A stretch of DNA of 64,000 nucleotides from Longimicrobiales bacterium (GTDB taxonomy: Bacteria; Gemmatimonadota; Gemmatimonadetes; Longimicrobiales; Gaopeijiaceae). Numbering within the stretch: the stretch's first letter is position 1; every line of letters begins with the position of its first letter. Below the pieces are notes generated by a model. The model was not told the origin of the DNA. It did not search any database and saw only the letters and a list, made by a program, of their open reading frames with translations. The position numbers and the translations under genes are program-made. The DNA lies in the NCBI GenBank assembly GCA_965202985.1, contig CBDBCF010000001.1, forward strand, positions 352,001 to 416,000, given 5' to 3'. Shown one piece after another: positions 48,739 through 59,493 of the stretch.

Positions 48739-51700
48739 CTAGAAGACGATCCTGCCCGAGAGGCCGATGCGGTGTTCCGGGGGCTGGACGCCGCTGGCGA
48801 CGTGCTCGCCGAACAGGTCCATCATCAGGCGCAGGCCGGGGCCGGGGGCCGCGGGCTCCTGGCCGGTGGTCAAGCCGCCCAGCAACGACCAGCGCGTCCC
48901 CACGTTCACGCGTTGGCCCGTCGGTCCCTCGCGGCTCCACCGTCCGAACGGCTTGACCTGGGTGCCGCCGGGCAGCAGCACCCCGTAGCCGACCTCCATC
49001 GCCACGCGATCGGGCGTCCAGCTGGGTGCTCCCTGTGCCGACGCTTCGCCCTGGCTCTGGCGGAACTCCGGGCTTGCCGGGATGTTCGCGCCGACCGGCC
49101 GCGCAATCCGGCCCGGCGCGCCGAAGCCGCCCGCGCCCGCGGTCCGCCACACGTCGGCGCCCCCCTGCCACAGCGTCCGCGCGCCGCCCCCGGCGTCGCC
49201 CCACGTCGGCTCGACCGAGAACGACAGCCCGCCGCCCTCGCCCTCGCCGCCCCCGCCCGGCTGCAACCTCAGCGAGAACCCCGCGCCCCAGTCCTTGAAG
49301 TCGCGCTCCTGGTGCACCAGCAGCGCACGGCCTCGCGCCGTCACGCTGAACCCGCTGGCCTGATGCGCCAACCCCACCTCGGCACCCGCCTCCGCCCCCA
49401 TCCCCGTCTCCGCGTCGCCACCGTCGAAGCGACCTCCCACCTCGAACCGCGTCCGCATCGCCAGCCCGCCGCCCAGCTGCCACTGGCCGCCGATCTCCGG
49501 CGCCAGACGCACGCGCTGCGCGTCCGCCGTCACGCCCGCCAGCCCCGCCACCTCGTCCGACAAGATGCGCACCGCGAAAGCGTCCGCCTTCAGCGCCAAC
49601 CCGCCGGTCAGCTCCTGGCGCACGCCCAGCGCACCCATGCGCATCTCCAAGTCCGTGTCGAAACGACCGCCCGCCGACTCATCGAGCGTCGCGTCGCCCC
49701 GGCCCGCGCCCGCCAAGCCCCACACGCCGAACCCGCCGCTGGACGACCAGTGCAGGTAGGGGTACAGGCTGGTCAGGCGAGCGTCCACCGAGCCCGCGCC
49801 ATTGATCCGGCTGTCGAAGCCGGCCTCCATGTCGCTGCGCGAGCCCGCCAAGCCCATTAGCACGCCCGACGCGAACCGGTAGTCCAGCCCCAAGTAGGCG
49901 GAGCGCGTGCGACCGTCCATGGCGAAGCCGTCTTGGGGACGACCCTCGAACTCGCCCAGGTTCGCCTGGCCCCACACCGTCCAGCCCGACCGGACAGCAG
50001 CCTGCGACGAGACGGAGGCGCCGGCCGGGCCGGCGTCCGCCGCGCCGGTCGAGCCGCCGAACGACAGCTGGAACGAGCTTTGCGAGCGCATGCCGCGGGC
50101 GTCGACGGGGTTGAACGTCAGGCCGCCGGTGCGGTCGGCGCGCCCGGCGTCGGCTTGCTGTTGGCCCTGGTAGGCGCCGCCCATGCCGGCCATGCCGCCG
50201 GCGCTGCCCGCGCCCGGACGGCTCCGGCCGTCGCCGAACAGCAGCGCGGCCAAGTCGACAGTCCCGCCGGCCGCGTCCGGCGAGCCGGGGTGCGCGATCT
50301 GCAGCCCCAGCAGGCCCGTCGCGCCCCGCACCAGCGACTCGAGCCCGCACTCGCCCGAGCCGACAGCGGCGCTGTTGCTCTCGCCGTCGTCGGCTTGGCC
50401 GTCCGCAGCGTTCGCAGCGCCGCCGAAGCCGCTTGCCCCGACCGCGCCGCAGGCCAGCGAGCGCCCGCCGAGCTGCACGTGCGACCGGCCCAGCGCGCCC
50501 GACGACCCCAGCCCCAACCGCCCGCCGATCGCCTCCACCGTCTCCGTGCCCAGCGACCGGCCGAACGCCGCCAGCGTCAGCTCCAACGCACGCGCACGCT
50601 CCGACCGCGACGCATCCACCGTCACGCGCACCTGCTGCACCGCCGACAACCCGCCCGGATCACTCGCTCGTACCGTCACCACAGCCTCGCCGATCGCCTG
50701 CGGCGCGATCGACAACCGGCCCGCGCCCGTCACCGTCGCATCCGCCACACTCGGCGACGACGACTCGACCGCGTACGCCAGCGCGTCGCCGTCCGGGTCC
50801 CGGAAGTACCGACCCAACTCCTCTTCCACAGCGTCGCCGTACGCCTCGAGCGTCTTCGGCGACATCGCGCCCACGGCCTCCGGGCCCTCGTTCACGTCCA
50901 GCAGCGTCACTGTCACCGCCGCCTCGGCCGTCAGTCCGCCCGCGTCCATCGCCCGCACCGTCAGCGCGAACGCCGGCGGACCCGCCTCGTAGTCCTCGCC
51001 CGCGCCCACGTAGCGCACCTCGCCCGTAACGGCGTCCATCTCGAACCGTGCGGCGTCGCCTTCGGCCAAGCTGTACGCCGGCGCGTCGCCGCGGTCGGGG
51101 TCCGTCGCTTCGACCACGCCCAGCGTCAGCGGCCCGGCAGCGTTCTCCGCCAGCTCGAAAGCGTATGCGGAGTCCGCGAACGCCGGCGCTTCGTTCACGT
51201 CCAGCAGCGCGACCGTCGCAACCGCGCGCGCCGCCAGTCCCTCGCCGTCGGTCGCCACCACCTCGAACTCCCAGGACGCCGGGCCCGCCTCGTAGTCCTC
51301 GCCCGCGCCCGCGTACCGCACCTCGCCCGTCGCAGCGTCCACCTCGAAGAGCGCCGCGTCTTCGCCCGACAGGCTGTACACGAGCGTGTCCGCTCGGTCC
51401 GGGTCCGCCGCCTCGACCATCCCCAGAACCAACGGTCCGGCGACGTTCTCCTCGAACTCCCACTCGTAGCGCTCCGCAGCGAACACGGGCGCCTCGTTGC
51501 GGTCCAGCAGCGCCACCACCACGACCGCCGATGCCGCGATGCCGCCGCGGTCCGTCGCACGGACCTCGAGCACCCAGCTCTCCGGGCCCGTCTCCGCGTC
51601 CTCGCCTGCGCCCACGTACCGCACCTCGCCCGTAACAGCGTCCACCTCGAACCGCTCGGCGTCGCCTTCGGCCAAGCTGTACGCAGGCGGATCGTCGCGG

Positions 51701-54700
51701 TCCGGGTCCGTCGCCCGCACGACGCCCAGAACCAACGGTCCCGCGACGTTCTCCGCCAGCTCGAACGCATATGCGCTGTCGACGAACGACGGCGCCTCGT
51801 TCACGTCCGCAACCGCCACCGTCGCCGTCGTCCGCGCCGTACGGCCCACCAGGTCCGTCGCCGTCGCCTCCAAACGCCACATGCCTACGCTCGTCTCGTA
51901 GTCCTCGCCTCCGCCAACGTACCGCAACTCGCCCGTTTCCCCGTCCAGCTCGAACCGCTCGCGATCGCCCGCCACCAGCGCGTAAGTCAGGGTGTCGCCC
52001 TCGTCCGGGTCCACAGCCTCCAACACGCCCAGCACCAACGGTCCCGCAGCGTCCTCCGCCAGCTCGAACCGCCAACCGTCCTCGACGAACGACGGCGCCT
52101 CGTCGTTCTCGTTCACGACCTTCACCATCACCTTCGCCAAAGTCTCGAGCTGCTCGCCCTCGCCCACGCCGCCCGTCACCGCCACCACCAGCATCACGTA
52201 CTCCGAACGCTGCTCCGCGTCCTCGCCACCGCCAACGTAAGTCACCACGCCGCTCGACACGTCCACCTCGAACAGCCCCTCGCCTCCGCTCTCCAACCCG
52301 TAGCGCATCTCGGCGCCCAACGGACTCGTCGCGACCACCTCGCCCAGCGGCAGCGGGCCCGCAACGTTCTCCGCCAACTCGAACTCGTACTCCAACCGAC
52401 CGAACACCGGGTCCAGGCTGCCCGCGCCGTTCACCGCGTGGTCCGTCAAGTCCGTCACTGCGTGCGCGCCCAGGTCCAGCGCCGCGAGCGTCGTGCCGCC
52501 CGCGATCCGCAGCGCGCCCGCAGCCTCGGCCAGCGCGTCCGTCGGGATGCTGATCCCGTCCGGGTCCCGGTCCGCCGGACGGACCACGTACTCGAACGCC
52601 AACACCGCAGTGCCCGAGCCCGACACGTAGCGCGCGTGCCGCGTCGTGCCGCCCACGTCGAGCGCCAGCCGCGCCGCTGCCGTGTTCGCAGCCGTCGCGG
52701 CCGACATCGACGCCGCCAGCGCCGGCGACGACGACGCGCCCGCCACATCGACCGGCCGGCTGAACGTCACCTCGACACGGATCACGCCGCCCGCGCCGTA
52801 CAGTCCCGTCGCCACAGGCTCGCTCGTCACCGCCACGCCCACCACCACCGGCGCGACCTCGACCGTACCGTCCACCTTGTCGTTCGCCGCAGCCGCAATC
52901 GCATGCGCGCCCAGCGCCAGCGTCGCCGGACGAACGCCGTCCGCCGTGTTCACGATCGTACCGCCGTTCAGCGTCAGCGCAGCAGCCGCAACGCCGATGC
53001 CGTCCGCGTCCGCGTCCACGCCGCCCGTACCGCTGCCGCCGCTGCCCGCGCCCTGCACACGGTACGCGAACGACAGCGTCGCCGTGCCGCTGCCGCCCGC
53101 GTAGCTCGCTTGACGCGCCACCGCGCCCACCGTCAGCGCCAGCTCAGGCGCGCCCGTCACCGTCACCGCACGGTCGAACGTCACCTGAACCTCGATCCGT
53201 TCGCCCAGCCCGTAGGTGTCCCCGCTCTCCGGCGCGCTCGACACCGCTACGCCCGTCACCGACGCGCCCGCCAGCGTACCGTCCACCTTGTGGCCAGCAG
53301 CCGCGCTCAACGCATGGCTGCCCAGCCCCAACGCCGCCGCCGTCGTGCCGTCGCGGGCATCCGCGATCGCGCCGCTGTTCAGCGCCAGCGCGCTCGCGCC
53401 GACCTCGATCCCATCCGCGTCCGCGTCCGCAGCCACCACCGTGTAGCGGAACGTCAGCGCCCGCGTGCCCGTCCCGCTCGCGTAGTCCGCCTGCCGCGTC
53501 TGCGCGCCCACCGTCAGCGCCACCCGAGGCGTCCCCGTCACCGTCACCGGACGGTTGAACGTCACCTGCACCTCGATCGACTCGTCGCGGCCGTACGTCG
53601 TCGCCACCGCAGGCGAACTCGTCAGCGACACGCCCGACACCGACGCCGCCGTGAACGTACCGCCCGCAACCTTGTGATCCGCGCTGTTCGTCACCGCGTG
53701 CGTCCCCAGCCCCAGAACCGCGTCCACCGTCCCGCCCGCCACGTCGATCGTCCCGCCGTTCAGCGCCAGCGCGCTCGCCGCGATGCTGATGCCGTCCGCG
53801 TCCGCGTCCGCAGTCACCACCACGTACCGGAACACCAGCGACGCCGTGCCCGTGCCCGAAGCGTACGACGCCTGCTTCGTCGTGCTGCCGATCCCCAACG
53901 CCAGCTGCGGCGTGCCCGTCACGTCCACCGCCTTGTTGAACACCACCGTCGCAACCACCGTGTCGCCTCGTTCGAACGTGTCGCCGATCGGCGGCGACGC
54001 GATCGACACGCCGCTCACGCCCGGCGGGCCCTGAGTGCCGTCCACCCGATGGCTGCCGCTGTTCGATATCGCATGGCCGCCCAACCCCAGGCTCGCAGCC
54101 TCGTTCGCGTCGCGAGCGTCCGCGATCGTCCCGCCGTTCAGCGACAACGCGCTCGCGCCGATGCTCAACCCGTTCCCGTCCGCGTCCGCTGCCACCACCG
54201 TGTACGCGAACGACAGCACGCGGCCGCCCGTCGTCGTCACGTACGACGCCTGCCGCGTCTGCGTACCGATCGTCAGCGCCAGCTCGGGCGACCCCGTCAC
54301 CGCCACGTTGCGGTTGAACGTCACATCGACACCGATCTCCTCGCTCAATCCGTACGTGCCGCCGCCCGCCGGACTGCTCGTTATCGTCGCGCCCGACACC
54401 GACGCCGCCGTGAACGTCCCGCCAGCTACGCGCAGTGCGCCGTCGTCGTCGATCGCATGATGCTCCAGGCTCAGCAAGGCGTCCGTCGCACCGCCCGCCA
54501 CGTCGATCGTCCCGCCGTTCAGCGCCAACGCGCTCGCGCCGATGCTCAACCCGTCCGCGTCCGCGTCCGCCGTCGCCACCACGTACCGGAACACCAACGC
54601 CGCCGTCCCCGTCCCCGACGCATACGCAGCCTGACGCGTCTGCGAACCAATCCCCAGCGCCAGCCGCGGCCCGCCCGTCACGTCCACCGCCTTGTTGAAC

Positions 54701-57700
54701 GTCACCGTCGCAACCACCGTGTCGCCGCGCTCGAACGTGCCGCCCGGCGCCGCCGCCACCGTCAACCCCGCGACACCCGGCGGACCCAGCCCGCCGTTCA
54801 CCTTGTGCGAAGCGTCGTTCGTCACCGCGCTCGAACCCAGCCCCAGCGACGCGGCCGCAGCGCCCGGACGCACGTCGGCGATCGCGCCGCCGTTCAGCGT
54901 CAGCGCGCCCGCCGCGATGCTGAGCCCGTCCGCGTCCACGTCCGCCGGACGAATCGCGTAACCGAACACCAGCGTGTCCGCCTTGCTCGTCGCCGACTCC
55001 CAGCCCGCCTGCCGCGTCTGCGTACCGATCGTCAGCGCCAAGCGCGGCGCGCCCGTCACCGCCACCGGTCGGCCGAACGCCACCTTCACCTCGATCGACT
55101 CGCCCAACTGGTACGTCTGACCGCTCGCCGGAGCGCTCGATATCGTCACCGCGCTCACAGCCGGCGTCGTGAACGTACTGCCAGACACCCTGTGGCCGCC
55201 GCTGTTCGTCACCACCACGCCCGCGCCCAGCCCCAACGTCGCGTCCAGCGTCCCGCCCGCCAGACGGATCGTCCCGCCGCTCAACGTCAACGCGCCCGCC
55301 CCGATGCTCAATCCGTCGGCGTCCGCGTCGCCGCTCGCCACCACATACCGGAACACCAGCCCCGTCGTCCCCGAACCGCTCGCGTAGCTCGCCTGCCTCG
55401 TCGCGCTCCCGATCGTCAGCGCGAGACGCGGCGTGCCCGTCACGTCCACCGCGCGGTTGAACACCAGCTCGACCTCGATCGTCTCGCCACGCTCGAACAC
55501 ATCGCCCACCACGGGAGAACCGATCGTCAGCGACGTCACCCCCGGCGGACCCAGGCTCCCGTTCACCTTGTGCGCAGCAGCGTTCGTTATCGCGTGCGTG
55601 CCCAGCCCCAAGCTCGCATTCGCCGTGCCGCCCGAAAGCACGATCGTCCCGCCGTTCAGCGTCAGCGCGCTCGCTGCGATGCTGATGCCGTTCGCGTCCG
55701 CGTCCGCAGCAACCACCACGTACCGGAACACCAGCGTCCGCGTACCGCTCCCGCTCGCGTAGCTCGCCTGACGCGTCAGCGTGTCGATCGACAACGCCAG
55801 CTGCGGCGCCCCCGTCACCGCCACCAAACGCTCGAACTCGACCTCCACCTCGATCGCCTCCGTGCGTCCGTACGTGCTGTCGCTCGCCGGCGCGCTCGAT
55901 ATCGCCACGCCGCTCACCGCCGGCGCCACCTCCTTCGTCCCGTCGACCTGGTACGCCACCGCGTCCGCGAAGTTCCACGGAACCAGCGACAGCCGAGCGT
56001 CCGTCGCCGTCCCCGTCGCTCGAATCGTCGCGCCGCCCGGCAACGTCAGAGCGTTCGCTCCGATGCTGATGCCCGTCGAGTCCGCGTCCGCCGCAACCAC
56101 CGTGTAGCAGAACACCAAGATGTTGCCGCTCGTTACCGCGTCGCACTGCGCAGCGCTCCGCGTCTGCGAACCGATCCCCAACGCCAGTCGCGGCGTGCCC
56201 GTCGCCGTCACGCCCGCGTTGAACCCGACCCCCACGCGTATCTCGTCCCCAAGTCCGAACACGCTGTCCGTGCTCGCGTACGACAGCCCGCTGTTCGTCG
56301 CCGACATGAAGAACGCGCTCGTCACGTACGGAACGGCGCCCGAAACCTTGTGCGCCGATGCGTTCGAAAACACGTGCAAGCCCAACGCCAAGTCCGCCGC
56401 GTCCGACCAGAGCCGACCGTCCACAATCGTGTCCGCCGCGCTCACCGCCAAAGCGCCCGCACCCACGCTGATCCCGTCCGCGTCCGCGTCCGTCGCCTGT
56501 ACCACGTACCGGAACGTCACCCGCTTGAACGTCGCGTCCCTGCGGTTGTACTCCGCCTGACGCGTCGAGTCGCCGACCTCCAACGCCAGACGCGGCGTCC
56601 CCCCCACGTACACGCCCCGCACGAACTCCACCTCCACCTCGATCGCCTCGCCCCCCAAGTACGTGTCCCCAACCACAGGACTGCTCGTTATCCTCAACCC
56701 CTTCACCACCGGCGTCGTCCGCGTGTTGCCCGCAACCTTGTGCGCAGCACTGTTCGCGATCGCATGGCCGCTCAGGCCCAACACCGCGTCCGTCGTCGTG
56801 CCCATCCGCCGGATCGTACCCCCGGACGGAGTCTCCAATGCGCTCGCGCCGATGCTGATCCCGTCCGCGTCCGCATCCGTCTGGAACACTGTGTACTCGA
56901 ACTCCAACGACGTCGTACCCGAACCCCTCTCGTACCACGCGTTCCGCAAGCTCGAGCCGATCCCGAGCCGAACCCGCGGCCTGTTTGCGCCCGTGCCCGT
57001 CACCGTCACCGCAGCGTTGAACTCCACCGTCACGACCACCACGTCGCTCAACTCGAACGTGCTGTCCGTCGGAGCATCGCCAATCGACACCCCCGTCACC
57101 ACCGGACGGTCGCCCGCAACCTTGTGCGCCCCAGCGTTCGCGATCGCATGAGTGCCCAGTCCCAGCTCCGCCGTCACCGTCCCGCCCGCCTTGTTGATCG
57201 TCCCGCCGTTCAATCCCAACGCGCTCGCTGCGATGCTCAACCCGTCCGCGTCAGCGTCCGTCGCCGCCACCGTGTAACGGAACGTCAGCGAATCCGTGCC
57301 GCTCCCCACCGCGTAGCCCGCCTGTCGCGTCGCCGCACCGATCCCCAACGCCACCTGCGGCGTGCCCACAACGTCCACCGCTTCGCTGAACTTCACCCAC
57401 ACCTCGATCCGGTGGCCCACCCCGTACGTGCCGTCCGAGCCCGTCGCGCTCGCCAAACCCGCGCCCGCCACCACCGGCACGCCCTGCAATCCGTCCACCT
57501 TGTGCGCAGCAGCGTTCGCCACCGCGTGCGCGCCCAGCGACAAGTCCGCCCGCGCCGTGCCCCCGACGCGCGTGATCGGAGTCGCGTAGTTCCTGAAAGC
57601 GTTCGCCGGGATGCTGATCCCGTCCGCGTCCGCGTCCGCACGCGTCACCGTGTATCGGAAGAACACGTCGTCCGCGTCCTTCGAGTACCAGCCCGCCGCC

Positions 57701-59112
57701 CGAACGTTGTCCCCGATCTCCAGGTTCAGCGTCATGTTGCCCAGAAAGTTCGGCGTCACCACCGGACGGTCGAACTGAACCCGCACGTTGATGTTGTCCC
57801 CCGCAGCGTACGTCGAGTCCGTCCCCGCGCCGCTCAAGAACGTCACCGCCGATATCCTCGGCACGATCAGCCCGCCGTTCACCTTGTGCGCACCAGCGTT
57901 TGCGACAGCGTGACTGCCGAGCGACAACGTCGCGTCCACCGTCGTGCCCGCGTTCCTGATCGTGGCGCCGGACGGAACCGACAGCGCGCTCGCGCCGATG
58001 CTCAGTCCGTTCGCGTCCACGTCCGCAGACGCCACCACGTACTCGAACAACAGCGAGTCCGTGCCCGTCCCGCTCGCGTAGGACGCCTGCCTAGTCTGCG
58101 TGCCGATCCCTAAAGCCAGCTGCGGCGTCCCCGTCACGTCCACGTTCCCGCTGAACACCACTGCCACACGAATCCGCTCCGGCCGCCCGTAAGTGCTGTC
58201 CGCAGCTACCGGCGTGCTCGCCAACGCCACACCGGTCACCGTGACCGGTTGAATACCCACCTTGTGGGCCGCCGCGTTCGTGATCGCATGGCTGCCCAAA
58301 CTCAGGATCGCGTTCTTCGTCCCCAGCCGGATAGTGCCGCTGTTCAGGGCCAGCGCGCTCGCGCCGATGCTGATCCCGTTCGTGTCTTCGTCCGCCGCCA
58401 CTACCACGTACCGGAACACCAGCGACGCCGTTCCCGTCCCGCTCGCGTAGTTCGCCTGCCGCGTCGAGTCGCCCACCGTCAACGCCAGCTGCGGCGTCCC
58501 CGTCACCGCCACCGTCGAGTCGAACGCCACCGTCACCGCAATCGTGTCCCCAATAGAGTACGTGTTGTCCGAACCCGCGCTGCTGCTGATCGTCACCCCC
58601 GTCACCTTGGGATACCCCTGGGTGCCGTCCACCTTGTGCGCAGCTGCGTTCGTGATCGCGTGGCTGCCCAAGCTCAGGTTGGCGAAGTCGCCTGATGCGG
58701 TGGTTTCCACGGAATTGGCGTGAAACGAGTGGGTGGAGATTCCGTCCGCGTCCATGTCCGACGTCTGCACAAGGTACCACATCTCAAACCAGCTTACCCC
58801 TCCGTCCGGGGTTACGGCGGAGGAGGGGGCATCCGAGCCAAAGCCGCTAATGATGCCATGCACCGCATCTCTGTTGACCGACCCGATCGTAATCCTCAAG
58901 GGGATACCTTGATTGTCGGTGTAGACGTTTACGGAGAGCGACCAATACGCCCTGATCTTGATGGTGTCGCCCGCCGCGTACGTGCTGTCCGAACCCGCAG
59001 AGCTGACGATCTTCAGACTGTCCAGGCGCGCGGACTGGGCGCTCAGCGGCGCCGTGGTCCCGAACGCCGCCAGCAGGCCGAGGGCCGCGAGCGCTGTTCT
59101 CGCTACCGGCAT
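48739..59112 (-). CDS. Giant surface adhesin/autotransporter: signal peptide, 17 ~120-aa Ig-like repeats, 5 cadherin repeats, Ig domain, C-terminal beta-barrel
   Basis: Repeats with DADADG and AHKV; cadherin AxDPD / DVNEAP motifs; barrel with SLYPYLHW and terminal F. Confidence 0.9.
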   Translation of the reverse strand: MPVARTALAALGLLAAFGTTAPLSAQSARLDSLKIVSSAGSDSTYAAGDTIKIRAYWSLSVNVYTDNQGIPLRITIGSVNRDAVHGIISGFGSDAPSSAVTPDGGVSWFEMWYLVQTSDMDADGISTHSFHANSVETTASGDFANLSLGSHAITNAAAHKVDGTQGYPKVTGVTISSSAGSDNTYSIGDTIAVTVAFDSTVAVTGTPQLALTVGDSTRQANYASGTGTASLVFRYVVVAADEDTNGISIGASALALNSGTIRLGTKNAILSLGSHAITNAAAHKVGIQPVTVTGVALASTPVAADSTYGRPERIRVAVVFSGNVDVTGTPQLALGIGTQTRQASYASGTGTDSLLFEYVVASADVDANGLSIGASALSVPSGATIRNAGTTVDATLSLGSHAVANAGAHKVNGGLIVPRISAVTFLSGAGTDSTYAAGDNINVRVQFDRPVVTPNFLGNMTLNLEIGDNVRAAGWYSKDADDVFFRYTVTRADADADGISIPANAFRNYATPITRVGGTARADLSLGAHAVANAAAHKVDGLQGVPVVAGAGLASATGSDGTYGVGHRIEVWVKFSEAVDVVGTPQVALGIGAATRQAGYAVGSGTDSLTFRYTVAATDADADGLSIAASALGLNGGTINKAGGTVTAELGLGTHAIANAGAHKVAGDRPVVTGVSIGDAPTDSTFELSDVVVVTVEFNAAVTVTGTGANRPRVRLGIGSSLRNAWYERGSGTTSLEFEYTVFQTDADADGISIGASALETPSGGTIRRMGTTTDAVLGLSGHAIANSAAHKVAGNTRTTPVVKGLRITSSPVVGDTYLGGEAIEVEVEFVRGVYVGGTPRLALEVGDSTRQAEYNRRDATFKRVTFRYVVQATDADADGISVGAGALAVSAADTIVDGRLWSDAADLALGLHVFSNASAHKVSGAVPYVTSAFFMSATNSGLSYASTDSVFGLGDEIRVGVGFNAGVTATGTPRLALGIGSQTRSAAQCDAVTSGNILVFCYTVVAADADSTGISIGANALTLPGGATIRATGTATDARLSLVPWNFADAVAYQVDGTKEVAPAVSGVAISSAPASDSTYGRTEAIEVEVEFERLVAVTGAPQLALSIDTLTRQASYASGSGTRTLVFRYVVVAADADANGISIAASALTLNGGTIVLSGGTANASLGLGTHAITNAAAHKVNGSLGPPGVTSLTIGSPVVGDVFERGETIEVELVFNRAVDVTGTPRLALTIGSATRQASYASGSGTTGLVFRYVVASGDADADGLSIGAGALTLSGGTIRLAGGTLDATLGLGAGVVVTNSGGHRVSGSTFTTPAVSAVTISSAPASGQTYQLGESIEVKVAFGRPVAVTGAPRLALTIGTQTRQAGWESATSKADTLVFGYAIRPADVDADGLSIAAGALTLNGGAIADVRPGAAAASLGLGSSAVTNDASHKVNGGLGPPGVAGLTVAAAPGGTFERGDTVVATVTFNKAVDVTGGPRLALGIGSQTRQAAYASGTGTAALVFRYVVATADADADGLSIGASALALNGGTIDVAGGATDALLSLEHHAIDDDGALRVAGGTFTAASVSGATITSSPAGGGTYGLSEEIGVDVTFNRNVAVTGSPELALTIGTQTRQASYVTTTGGRVLSFAYTVVAADADGNGLSIGASALSLNGGTIADARDANEAASLGLGGHAISNSGSHRVDGTQGPPGVSGVSIASPPIGDTFERGDTVVATVVFNKAVDVTGTPQLALGIGSTTKQASYASGTGTASLVFRYVVVTADADADGISIAASALALNGGTIDVAGGTVDAVLGLGTHAVTNSADHKVAGGTFTAASVSGVSLTSSPAVATTYGRDESIEVQVTFNRPVTVTGTPRVALTVGAQTRQADYASGTGTRALTFRYTVVAADADADGIEVGASALALNSGAIADARDGTTAAALGLGSHALSAAAGHKVDGTLAGASVTGVAVSSAPESGDTYGLGERIEVQVTFDRAVTVTGAPELALTVGAVARQASYAGGSGTATLSFAYRVQGAGSGGSGTGGVDADADGIGVAAAALTLNGGTIVNTADGVRPATLALGAHAIAAAANDKVDGTVEVAPVVVGVAVTSEPVATGLYGAGGVIRVEVTFSRPVDVAGASSSPALAASMSAATAANTAAARLALDVGGTTRHARYVSGSGTAVLAFEYVVRPADRDPDGISIPTDALAEAAGALRIAGGTTLAALDLGAHAVTDLTDHAVNGAGSLDPVFGRLEYEFELAENVAGPLPLGEVVATSPLGAEMRYGLESGGEGLFEVDVSSGVVTYVGGGEDAEQRSEYVMLVVAVTGGVGEGEQLETLAKVMVKVVNENDEAPSFVEDGWRFELAEDAAGPLVLGVLEAVDPDEGDTLTYALVAGDRERFELDGETGELRYVGGGEDYETSVGMWRLEATATDLVGRTARTTATVAVADVNEAPSFVDSAYAFELAENVAGPLVLGVVRATDPDRDDPPAYSLAEGDAERFEVDAVTGEVRYVGAGEDAETGPESWVLEVRATDRGGIAASAVVVVALLDRNEAPVFAAERYEWEFEENVAGPLVLGMVEAADPDRADTLVYSLSGEDAALFEVDAATGEVRYAGAGEDYEAGPASWEFEVVATDGEGLAARAVATVALLDVNEAPAFADSAYAFELAENAAGPLTLGVVEATDPDRGDAPAYSLAEGDAARFEMDAVTGEVRYVGAGEDYEAGPPAFALTVRAMDAGGLTAEAAVTVTLLDVNEGPEAVGAMSPKTLEAYGDAVEEELGRYFRDPDGDALAYAVESSSPSVADATVTGAGRLSIAPQAIGEAVVTVRASDPGGLSAVQQVRVTVDASRSERARALELTLAAFGRSLGTETVEAIGGRLGLGSSGALGRSHVQLGGRSLACGAVGASGFGGAANAADGQADDGESNSAAVGSGECGLESLVRGATGLLGLQIAHPGSPDAAGGTVDLAALLFGDGRSRPGAGSAGGMAGMGGAYQGQQQADAGRADRTGGLTFNPVDARGMRSQSSFQLSFGGSTGAADAGPAGASVSSQAAVRSGWTVWGQANLGEFEGRPQDGFAMDGRTRSAYLGLDYRFASGVLMGLAGSRSDMEAGFDSRINGAGSVDARLTSLYPYLHWSSSGGFGVWGLAGAGRGDATLDESAGGRFDTDLEMRMGALGVRQELTGGLALKADAFAVRILSDEVAGLAGVTADAQRVRLAPEIGGQWQLGGGLAMRTRFEVGGRFDGGDAETGMGAEAGAEVGLAHQASGFSVTARGRALLVHQERDFKDWGAGFSLRLQPGGGGEGEGGGLSFSVEPTWGDAGGGARTLWQGGADVWRTAGAGGFGAPGRIARPVGANIPASPEFRQSQGEASAQGAPSWTPDRVAMEVGYGVLLPGGTQVKPFGRWSREGPTGQRVNVGTRWSLLGGLTTGQEPAAPGPGLRLMMDLFGEHVASGVQPPEHRIGLSGRIVF

Positions 59113-59154
59113 CGCGTGCGTCCAGAACGCGCGGGCCGGGCCGGTCGAAAAAAA

Positions 59155-59191
59155 GGGGGGGGGGGGGGGGGGGGGGGGGGGGAGGGGGGGG
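59155..59191. repeat. G28-A-G8 homopolymer (poly-C on the adhesin sense strand) next to A7
   Basis: Read directly; the length is unreliable in any assembly. Confidence 0.9.
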
Positions 59192-59414
59192 CGTCGGGCG
59201 AGTGTTGGTCATTGGGGTCGGCTCCGGTTCCGGGTACTGTCTGAATCTCTAAATCCAATCCACCATACCCGTGTTGGTTCTAGGCTGCAAGGGCGGTGGC
59301 TTCCACCTCGACCAGGGCCATCGGGTGGACTGTCGTCCGGCGGGCTACATGTTCGCCAGCCAAGCGCGCGTGTCCGATGAAGCCAGTCAGGCTTTATCTT
59401 AGGAGAGGCCCAAA

Positions 59415-59445
59415 AAGTTGAATAGCCCGATCCATTATTCAAGTT
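59415..59445. promoter_or_regulatory. Inverted repeat TTGAATA-N11-TATTCAA, candidate operator upstream of fic
   Basis: Arms at 59418-59424 and 59436-59442 in an AT-rich patch about 50 bp before the fic ATG. Confidence 0.5.
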
Positions 59446-59493
59446 CCCTCAAATAAACGGAGGCTCGGGCATGAAGCGGGAGGCTCGGGAGCC

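Noticed and set aside
49933..58113. 2726-aa plus-strand ORF (also 53144-56938, 5607-8273, 31467-34613 and similar)
   Set aside because: Shadow ORFs from high GC and codon bias, opposite or overlapping well-supported genes; Arg/Pro-rich with no motifs.
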